Assembly (NCBI GenBank): GCA_043827025.1
Contig: JBDRPL010000007.1
Location: 1-48,755, forward strand
Direction of reading: 5' to 3'
Length of the DNA stretch: 48,755 nucleotides
Origin: Candidatus Micrarchaeota archaeon
GTDB taxonomy: Archaea > Micrarchaeota > Micrarchaeia > Anstonellales > Bilamarchaeaceae
Shown: positions 40,878 to 48,755 of the stretch, piece by piece
How positions within the stretch are numbered: position 1 is the stretch's first letter
How the letters are laid out: each line of letters opens with the position of its first letter
Program-made: the position numbers and the translations under genes
The notes under the pieces: model-generated
What the model was told of the DNA's origin: nothing
Databases searched by the model: none
The model's input: the letters and a program-made list of their open reading frames with translations, nothing else

Positions 40878-40927
40878 TCCAAAAAAGCAAAATGAGATAT
40901 ATTTAAAAGATTTTATTCCGAAAAAAA

Positions 40928-41305
40928 GTGATGGTAAAAACAAAAACAAATGAACCTGAACTAGTTCTAGGTAAGCATCTGGTCGCAGAATGTGAGACAT
41001 CGAATAAAAAGTTGCTCAACGACGAAAAATTCATAATGAAGACGCTTGTCGAGGCTGCAAAACATGGAGGATTTACCGTACTAAAGGCAGAATGCTACAA
41101 ATTTTCCCCGCAAGGCGTAACTGCAATTGTTTTACTGTCCGAATCGCACATATCCATACATACATGGCCTGAACATAATTATGCAGGATTAGACATATTC
41201 ACATGCGGACCAAAAGATCCTAAAAAATCACTGAAATACATCCAGGAAAAATTCAAATTCACCAAAACAACACTCATAGAATTTAACAGGGGAAAGGATT
41301 ATTGA
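40928..41305 (+). CDS. speD: S-adenosylmethionine decarboxylase proenzyme (pyruvoyl)
   Basis: GKHL, F.PQGVT, LSESHISIHTWPE, DIFTCG. Confidence 0.93.
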   Translation: MMVKTKTNEPELVLGKHLVAECETSNKKLLNDEKFIMKTLVEAAKHGGFTVLKAECYKFSPQGVTAIVLLSESHISIHTWPEHNYAGLDIFTCGPKDPKKSLKYIQEKFKFTKTTLIEFNRGKDY

Positions 41306-41369
41306 TTTTAGGAGAAAAAAATACAAAAGGCTTTTAAATGTAGTTTCAGAGTTTAAGTTCGTGGTTTAA

Positions 41370-42434
41370 ATGCTAGAGGGACTGCATCCAATATTTACGA
41401 ATCAATATTATGGAAATACCATAGAGCAATACCTTATTTGTTTTCTTATACTGCTTGCAACTGCAATAATTGCAAAAGTGATATACTTCTTCTTGAGAAC
41501 TGTGGTCTACAGGTTCACAGTTAAATCAAAAACAAAACTGGATGATATGATTCTTGAAAAACTTGAGAAGCCATTCATCTTTTTTGTAGTCATATTCGGC
41601 ATTAGTTATGCCATAGGCCCACTTACGTTTGACCCGGGAACCATGCAATTTCTAAATGATACTGTAGGTGTACTTTACACCCTGGCGTTTGCCTGGGCAG
41701 TTATAGGTGTTTTTGACGGAATTTATGACACATACTTAAAACCATTCACCGAAAGGACAGCATCGAAACTTGATGACCAAATCCTGCCCATTTTGAAAAA
41801 AGGCACAAAACTCATAATAATCGCTTTGGCGCTTATCACGATAATAAATAATTTTGGCTATGATGTAACGGCAATACTAGGAGGTCTTGGAATCGGCGCG
41901 CTTGCAGTAGGCCTTGCTGCACAGGATTCTCTAGGAAACCTCTTTGGAGGAGTTACCATTTTTGCAGACAGGCCTTTTGAGATAGATGATGTTGTGAAGA
42001 TTGGTGAGGTCGAAGGTACTGTACAGGAAGTCGGGTTGAGGTCAACAAGGATACAAGCACTGGATGGAACAATCGTGACCATTCCCAATTCAACAATATC
42101 AGGATCCACCATAGAAAATTTTTCAAAGGCAGACAAGCGAGGGATTGTGCACAACATCCCCTTTGATTTTGATTATGATGCAAACCAGATCCAAAAAATG
42201 CGGAAATATCTCTTGGAGAATATAAAGAAAATAGATGGTGTTGAACCTAAGAGCATAAGCGCTTATCTGCTCAGCAGAGAAGATGATACTCTTGTTCTAA
42301 GAATAAAATATAGTGTAGACCATGAAAAATACTACGATATCCAAAACGCGATGAACATAAAAATAGTCGAAGGGTACAATAAATTGAAATTAGAGATGCC
42401 CAGCGACAACATGAGCGTAAGGATTGAAAAATGA
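41370..42434 (+). CDS. mscS: Small-conductance mechanosensitive channel
   Basis: GLGIGALAVGLAAQD, RPFEIDD, GLRSTRI, TIPNS. Confidence 0.95.
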   Translation: MLEGLHPIFTNQYYGNTIEQYLICFLILLATAIIAKVIYFFLRTVVYRFTVKSKTKLDDMILEKLEKPFIFFVVIFGISYAIGPLTFDPGTMQFLNDTVGVLYTLAFAWAVIGVFDGIYDTYLKPFTERTASKLDDQILPILKKGTKLIIIALALITIINNFGYDVTAILGGLGIGALAVGLAAQDSLGNLFGGVTIFADRPFEIDDVVKIGEVEGTVQEVGLRSTRIQALDGTIVTIPNSTISGSTIENFSKADKRGIVHNIPFDFDYDANQIQKMRKYLLENIKKIDGVEPKSISAYLLSREDDTLVLRIKYSVDHEKYYDIQNAMNIKIVEGYNKLKLEMPSDNMSVRIEK

Positions 42435-42458
42435 TGTGCCTCCTTTGCCAGATGAAAT

Positions 42459-43004
42459 TTAAGTTGAATGGGGCCACCAGTTCAGAGAAGTAACATAGAA
42501 GTGACCCCCTTCTTCGTGAATAGACGATCTCCATGTATGAGAACCAGTGATGATGGTGATTTCTTTTTTTTCAGCATCAAAACTTCCTGAAACAATTTCT
42601 TCGCTTATCATTTGTCTAGGGAAGGAAGATGAAAAGGTTGTCAACATTGGCTTGACACCATCTGGAAAAGACTCGAATTCAATCAAAAGATAATCCGCAC
42701 TGTTTGCAAAATAGATTTTGCCCTCTTTCTTGTCTATGAAAATAGTCGGTTTGCTTTCACCGCATGAAACCAAAAATGGAGTGTCTGTTCCAGTAGGAAA
42801 TGGGACCGAGCATTTGCCTGCGGATGATTTGAAAGAAAGAACAAGAGTCGCACCACCTCCATCGCGCGCCATTCCCAAACTGCAGGAAATCCCGCCTTGT
42901 CGAGGTTCAATTTCAGGTTGTTTGGCCCTCAGAGGATTAGAATAAAAAAGAGTGATGATGGCAAGGGCAGAAGCGCACAATGCAGTCCTTGCAAGCCGTG
43001 TCAT
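42459..43004 (-). CDS. Hypothetical exported protein
   Basis: N-terminal signal-like helix, beta-rich remainder. Confidence 0.6.
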   Translation of the reverse strand: MTRLARTALCASALAIITLFYSNPLRAKQPEIEPRQGGISCSLGMARDGGGATLVLSFKSSAGKCSVPFPTGTDTPFLVSCGESKPTIFIDKKEGKIYFANSADYLLIEFESFPDGVKPMLTTFSSSFPRQMISEEIVSGSFDAEKKEITIITGSHTWRSSIHEEGGHFYVTSLNWWPHST

Positions 43005-43019
43005 CTAATCACCAAGAAA

Positions 43020-43379
43020 TTAGGCTTTTCTAGGAACTAATTTCCTTCTTTCTTGATCCTCAAGATAATTCACAAACTGGCTCTGCACACGTTCTGGAAT
43101 TACCATGGAACCGTTTTGCATATCAGCAACAAATGAAGGGGTCCTATTATCTATCTTAAGCTCATTCTGGCATAGGAGGATTATTTTTTCAGTATTTGCT
43201 CCACGTATTTTACTCAAGTCATAATCCCATACCCCTGTTTTTTTGAAAGAAACTACAGCACCTTTCAGAACATCTTCGATGGTCATGACTTGTGCAAAAT
43301 TAAAACCATTTGCCTCCAACCACTTCTTAGATGTTTCATCTAATTTCCAATCTACTTTTTCAACCTGTTTTGATGGCAT
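43020..43379 (-). CDS. Hypothetical protein
   Basis: 119-aa ORF with GTGA upstream. Confidence 0.6.
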   Translation of the reverse strand: MPSKQVEKVDWKLDETSKKWLEANGFNFAQVMTIEDVLKGAVVSFKKTGVWDYDLSKIRGANTEKIILLCQNELKIDNRTPSFVADMQNGSMVIPERVQSQFVNYLEDQERRKLVPRKA

Positions 43380-43541
43380 ACTATCACACTAAAATTTTAT
43401 ATGGCCCATTTTAAAAAATATGCTACTCGTGGCTTTTATAGCTCACACTAGATAAACTTAAATAAAAAAACTCGAATCTAAATTCTATATTTAGAAATTG
43501 CGTGATCTGATGATCACAGCTAGCCAACCTATCGTTGGCTA

Positions 43542-43568
43542 TGAGTGGAAGTAACGGCAAACTTGAAG
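43542..43568 (-). repeat. 3' arm of 23S processing stem
   Basis: gaagtaacggcaaa (43548-43561) is the exact reverse complement of 46594-46607, extendable on both sides. Confidence 0.85.
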
Positions 43569-43569
43569 G

Positions 43570-46517
43570 TAGTGAGTTATGTTTTAGCCCATTAGTAACT
43601 GCAGGCTGAAAAGCTCGCTTGCGCTAACTTCTTACACCACAGTTCTATCAAACGGATCTGCTATCCGCGGGATTTGTCTCCTAGTCTTAAGAGATGCTTC
43701 GACCTTAGATGCTTTCAGGTCTTATCAACATGGCGCGTGGCTGCCCAGCAGTGCCATATATGACAACTGGTAGACTAGAGGCGCCGGATCTCCGTTCCTC
43801 TCGTACTCAAAGATCCTTTCTCTCAGGAGACTACGCTTCCAGGAGATACTACCATACTGTCTCGCGACGTATTGAACCCAGCTCATGTGGGACTTTAATG
43901 GATGAACAACCCAACCCTTGGTCGCTCCTACACGACCAGGATGTCCCAAGCCGACAGCGATGTACCAAACCGCGGGGTCGATTTATACGTTTATACGAAC
44001 AGTCTCGAATATTAAAAAACGAAAGACTGGTCGCAAGTGTACTCTCACCCGCGACGAGCCTGTTACCTCCAGGGTAGCTTGTTTGACAGCTTGATCCCTC
44101 ATCAAAGGGGATTCAAGGTTCGTTAAGCCCGAGTTTCCTCTCTGCGTCCCACGCTTTTAGAGACACAGTCAGCCAGACATTTGTCTTTGACCCTCTACTT
44201 CCGATTTCTGACCGGAATGAGTCTGACATTGGGCGCCCTTGTTTCCTTTTCGAGGGCGTACCGCCCCAGCCAAACTATCCATCTGACGCTGTCCTTTTGC
44301 AAGTAAGCAATAACGAACTAACTAATTGGTGTTACACTTTTGCCTATTCGTAACCCGAAAGTCACGACATAACAGCTCCCAATTACGCTATGTAATCAGC
44401 TCATTATTACAACATCAGACTATAGTAAAGCTCCATGGAGTCTTCGTTTCCCTCTGGAAGTTGCCGGCATCTTCACCGGCCAGTGAGTTCACCAGGTCCT
44501 AAGTAGGGACAGTGGGAAAGTCGTTACGCCATTCATGCAAGCCGCCAATTAAGCGGCGAGGTATTACGCTACCTTAAGAGGGTCAGAGTTACCCCCGCTC
44601 TTTACCAGTCCTTCTTCCGGTTGAACCCGGGATTCAGATACTGGCAGTGAGCAGGCGTCAGCCATCATACTCGTCGTTTCCGATTTGCGATGACCTGTGT
44701 TTTTGATAAACAGTCGCTATCCCCTTGTTACTGTGACCTGAAATTTACGCAATTCCAGGCATCCCTTATTCCAAAGTTACGGGACTATCTTGCCGAGTTC
44801 CCTTACTTAGGTTGTCCTGCCACACCTTAGCCTTTACAGCTAGAGCACCTGTACTGGTTCTTGGTACGAATATAGTGAATCGTTCAGATTTCCTTTTCAT
44901 GGGCCCCTAGAATCAATAGAATTACCCTAAGGTTTCAGCCACTTCTCCTCATAATAAGACTCCATGGCTCTACTCCTTTCAGACAGCTCTCGCTGCTCCA
45001 CATATCTAAAGGCGTCAAAAATCTGCTAAAGCCTATCACTATAGGATCGGAATATTAACCGATTTCCCATTCAATCCTTTGGAATTACCTCGGATTTTAG
45101 GATCGCCTAACCCTCAGCTGACGAACATGGCTGAGGAAACCTTGCTCATTCGGTGTCTAGAATTCTCATCTAGATATTGCTGCTACTAACGTCAGGATAT
45201 TCTTATCAGATCGCTCGATCGGACGTTACCGCCCGACTTCTGTACGATCCGATTGCCTCCCTACTCAATGCGCTTTTGGCGCTGGTAAGGTATCGGAAGT
45301 TGATTTAGCCCCGTGAATCTTAAGAATCTGCACTCTTGACGGGTCCGCTATTACGCGTTGTTTAGAGGATGGCTGCTTCTAAGCCTACCTTCCCGTTGTC
45401 TTTGAGAGGAGATTCGTTTACGATTAACACTTAATCAACATTTAGGGCCCTTAACCTTACGTACGGTCGTTCCCGTAAGAGCTTACAGACTTACTCCGTA
45501 AAACTCCACTGCCTCCTTCTACGAAGATACAAGATTCTGAGTTTGAGAAGTTGGTGATCCCTTTCGGAACCGCTCCACCTAGTCAGTGCTATACCCTTGT
45601 ATCATTCTCCAGAGACGCTGTGCTGAGACACATTTCGAGAGGAACCCGCTATTACCACGTTCGATAGGACTATCACCCCTACACCCAAGTCACCTAAGCA
45701 GATATACTAGCATTAGTTGCGGGCCTCCACTGATCGTCAGATCAGCTTCACCCTGCTCAGGCGTAGTTCACTATGGCTTCAGGTCTTCTGGGAGTGACTT
45801 AACCCCAGTTAAGAGGCTGCTCCTCATTGCTTGCGAGCAATTCGCTTTCGCTTCGAATTTCATCTCGCCACGCCCAAAAACTCCCTGACACTTGCTTCGA
45901 GAAGAAAGATAGGACATCGGTAAACCCTGTCGGACTCACCCTCTCGAGTGAGAACTTCCAGGGTCTTCAAACCCTTTCACGCCCTACCATTCTGTTACCA
46001 TATAGCTTCAGGATCTTTTCACACTCATCCCTGAGTACTTTTCAACTTTCGCTCGCGCTACTATTTCGCTATCGGTCTAAGGATCATATTTAGATTTAGG
46101 TGTTGATACACCCACCTTCACATCTCCTATTCAGGAGATGCTACTCTTCTCGGATCATACCTTTTATCCTTCATCTACGAGGCTATCACTCGCTATGGCA
46201 TGGTTTTCCAACCAACTTCGATTCAGACAAAGGTTATCCCCACCACATCTACCTTACATTACTGCAAGGAATTCGGTTTGATCTGTCCGGCGTTCAGTCG
46301 CCCTTACTAACCGGATCACTTTTGTTTTCTTTTCCTCCTCCTACTAAGATGCTTCATTTCGGAGGGTTAGTGCACACCTTTATTCAAGGTGTGCTCAGTC
46401 GTATCTCGGGATCACAGACTGCGTGCGTCTACCCCGAGCATATCGCCGCTTACCGCGCGACCTTGTGTTCCTTAGCCAAGTCATCCACTATATGGCGTAA
46501 ATCAGCATAACTCACTA
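43570..46517 (-). rRNA. rrl: 23S ribosomal RNA (archaeal), stand-alone
   Basis: Sarcin-ricin loop AGUACGAGAGGAAC, P-loop GGCUGGGGCG, PTC loop; terminal helix 43570-43581 pairs with 46506-46517. Confidence 0.98.
43983..44036 (-). other. 54-nt insertion (putative archaeal intron) in 23S helix 89
   Basis: Removing it restores GAGUACAC|AUCGAC, equivalent to E. coli 2470-2483; internal hairpin; ends fit a bulge-helix-loop motif. Confidence 0.8.
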
Positions 46518-46587
46518 GATATTTGAGAATTTATAAACTTCGGTTTCTTTACTTTGGTTTACTTATTTGGTTCTCATTGTTTTTAAC

Positions 46588-46614
46588 TCCAGATTTGCCG
46601 TTACTTCACACTCA
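46588..46614 (-). repeat. 5' arm of 23S processing stem
   Basis: Complementary to 43542-43568. Confidence 0.85.
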
Positions 46615-46747
46615 AGTCAATGTTATAGACTAAACTTTTGTAAGTTTAGAAACATGACGCTTCCCCCAAACAGGAGGAGATCAATTACCCTATGCATCAA
46701 TTTATTTCATGCGTTATGATACGCAATCATTAACTAGGGTGGACTCT

Positions 46748-46772
46748 ATATATAAAACTCAGTATTTATAAA
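46748..46772 (-). promoter_or_regulatory. TATA-like boxes upstream of 23S gene
   Basis: Minus strand GCAAAGC-TTTATAAA and TTTTATATA about 230-255 nt before the mature 5' end. Confidence 0.5.
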
Positions 46773-46852
46773 GCTTTGCCTCGCGTTCGTATTTACGTCG
46801 GAAAAAAGATAGGGTTAATAATTATGCGAAAACTATAAAATACGGTGATAAA

Positions 46853-47494
46853 ATGGCTAAATCAAAAAATGAGGCTAAACAGAAATGTTGCGGCTCAAAC
46901 ATGTTCAAGAACGCACTTATGAACCCTGAGGCAGTTGTTGAAGCTTCTAAAGGATGCAAAGATGACAAATGTCCTCTGATACTTTATGGATTGGCAATGG
47001 TACTGGTATTCATTACTACAGCCATAACTACAGGAAACATGCTCACTTCTATAATCGTGGCAGTTGTGATGACAATAATTGGAATGATCTATGCATTATT
47101 TGCAAAGGTTCCTTTTAAGATATTGTCTGGAAACAAGGACAAGGCACTCGGAAACTCGCTCATGGCAGTGGGATTGTGCTTCACACAGTTCATGGTTGGA
47201 TTGACAATATTTGCAGTATTGTTGAAACTGGCGATGTTGTTAAACAACTCGCTCGTTGTAGGAGTGGCAATGATAATCGGAATTCTGGTGCTTATATACT
47301 ACTTGTTAGTGGCGCTTTCAGTTTCCGCAAAGGCATTCAAGGAACTGTTCGACACAGATTACATAGTGGTGATGCTTGCAAACGGAATCGTGACAACCGC
47401 AATGGTCCTTGTAATTTATGCGGCCTACATGGTCGTCCTAATGTCCTATGTTATATTTGGGCTGATGGGCAGTATAGGAAAAGGACTTTACTAA
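46853..47494 (+). CDS. Membrane protein, Yip1-like
   Basis: AL.NP motif followed by about five TM helices; GGTGA upstream. Confidence 0.7.
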   Translation: MAKSKNEAKQKCCGSNMFKNALMNPEAVVEASKGCKDDKCPLILYGLAMVLVFITTAITTGNMLTSIIVAVVMTIIGMIYALFAKVPFKILSGNKDKALGNSLMAVGLCFTQFMVGLTIFAVLLKLAMLLNNSLVVGVAMIIGILVLIYYLLVALSVSAKAFKELFDTDYIVVMLANGIVTTAMVLVIYAAYMVVLMSYVIFGLMGSIGKGLY

Positions 47495-47524
47495 TTTTTT
47501 CTTATTTTTTTTATTTATTTTTTT

Positions 47525-47914
47525 CTAAGAAGAAATTGCACTCTTGCTTAATTGATCGGCATGCTTGTTCTCCTCTCTTGGAATGTGCACATACTTCATC
47601 GAGATTCCGTTCGTCAATGCATCGATCTTCGCCTTCAGTTGCTTCAGCTTCGGATCCTTTACTTTATACTCGCCGTTCAACTGCCTTATAATTAATTGGC
47701 TGTCCGCCCTTAATTCGATTTTATCTGGCTTGTATTCCTTTATTGCAACCTCAAGCGCCTTGATCACTGCACTATACTCAGCAATATTATTCGTCCCGTT
47801 GCCAATTGCCTCAGAACCCTTAATCTCCACTTTGCCACTGACATGAATGACATACCCGATTCCCATCGGACCAGGATTCCCGGAACAGGCGCCATCCGTG
47901 TAGATAATAAACAT
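47525..47914 (-). CDS. rnhA: Ribonuclease HI
   Basis: YTDGACSGNPG, TNNIAEY, DSQL, HIPREEN..AD.L; all four acidic catalytic residues present; start at MFIIY. Confidence 0.96.
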   Translation of the reverse strand: MFIIYTDGACSGNPGPMGIGYVIHVSGKVEIKGSEAIGNGTNNIAEYSAVIKALEVAIKEYKPDKIELRADSQLIIRQLNGEYKVKDPKLKQLKAKIDALTNGISMKYVHIPREENKHADQLSKSAISS

Positions 47915-47936
47915 GATAAGAAATACAAGTAAGAGT

Positions 47937-48730
47937 TTAATAATTTTCTTGATTGTCGCTAGGGTGAAAAAGCTCGTTGAATTCAGCAACAACCCGTTTC
48001 CTGAATTTGTAGGTATTGGCAAATTCCGCATATGCAAGCCAACCTTCCAGACTTTGAACGACTTCCTTTCTGCTCATTTCTCCCTTATCATATTTCCGCT
48101 TGAATCTCTCAAGGCGTTTCCATATCCTTTTTGCATTGCTTTTCTTCAAAAGCCTGTGTTTATAGAAAATCCGAAAACCAAGAAAGGTTACCCCTCTTCG
48201 TAATGAAATTATCCTTGATTTTTCCGAGAAGAATAGTATGATCAATGTTTTCAAAATAATGCATTATGTCAGCTTTCAATACATAGCCAAATTTGACACA
48301 CTCTCTCTCTCTCTATGGTTTTTTTATGGTTAAAAGTGGTTTGTGCTAAAAAGTGTTCAAATCTCTTTATTGCCCCATGAGTTCCCTTGCCTTTCCTGTT
48401 GGCAAACGAATCAAAAATGAAACTATCGCCCAGAATAGGCGAAATGACATTACACAAAGCATGATGGGTGACTCGGTCTCTGAAATCAGAAGCGCCTATT
48501 TTTCTTGTCTTTGGGTCTTTGACTATGAACGTCGTGATCGGTCTTGGCTGATAAGTAAATGTTTGAAGTTCAAATTGTAAAACAAAGAGGTTTTGCTTCA
48601 AGTCTGCTTCAAATTCCATTACATAATCCTTCAATGTCTTTCCTTTTCTTGCATTCGTGAAAGCAAGCTCAAGATTTTCGTATGAACACAATTTGGAATA
48701 CAAATGCCGGTAAGATTTCATATTGTTCAT
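47937..48730 (-). pseudogene. DGR-type reverse transcriptase, frameshifted and internally deleted
   Basis: N-part DPKTR.I....FRDRV.HHAL, SFANRKGKGTH; shifted frame GYVLKADIMHYFENIDH; C-part EKSRII..GVTFLGFRIF..GWLAY; no PxGNLTSQ or YxDD motif. Confidence 0.85.
48301..48314 (-). repeat. (AG)7 microsatellite inside RT gene
   Basis: ctctctctctctct on plus strand, at the frameshift point. Confidence 0.9.
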
Positions 48731-48755
48731 AGAATAAAAAGAAAATTAAACTAGA

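Noticed and set aside
40298..40882. 194-aa antisense ORF and other shadow ORFs opposite known genes
   Set aside because: Fully overlap better-supported genes and show no recognisable motifs
43709..46510. ORFs at 43709, 43725, 45586, 45827 and 46100
   Set aside because: They lie within the 23S rRNA gene and are spurious translations
48319..48325. A7 run as a programmed -1 frameshift site rescuing the RT
   Set aside because: The needed shift is +1/-2, and the product would still lack YxDD
47937..48730. RT as a group II intron or retron
   Set aside because: Motifs fit DGR RTs, and the 22-nt gap to rnhA leaves no room for intron domains V/VI
1..48755. CRISPR array, tRNA genes, IS elements or integrase
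   Set aside because: No regularly spaced repeats, tRNA T-arm signatures or transposase/integrase motifs found by eye; intron-split tRNAs could be missed

Overview
Archaeal genomic segment, most consistent with a DPANN lineage (Micrarchaeota-like; inferred from gene content and a stand-alone 23S gene, not from a search). Core genes: an exosome superoperon (SBDS, rrp4/41/42, rpl37ae, an unannotated 45-aa RpoP, Brix-like, Pcc1, prefoldin beta, DHH), a complete A/V-type ATP synthase operon (H-I-K-E-C-F-A-B-D, minus strand), rpl15e, purC, dph2, three ion/solute transporters, ppsA, speD, mscS, RNase HI and an unlinked 23S rRNA gene. Most notable: (1) a five-gene operon of Cys-rich paralogs arranged A-B, A-B, fused AB, converging on a HerA/VirB4-like ATPase; (2) a 54-nt insertion in 23S helix 89 whose ends fit an archaeal splicing-endonuclease motif, with unusual peptidyl-transferase-centre bases nearby; (3) an RpoP with none of its four zinc-ribbon cysteines; (4) a DGR-type reverse transcriptase at the right edge, frameshifted at an (AG)7 tract and missing its catalytic core, directly upstream of RNase HI; (5) a PLP-enzyme/transmembrane/unknown-domain fusion. 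No CRISPR array, tRNA, 16S or 5S gene was seen.
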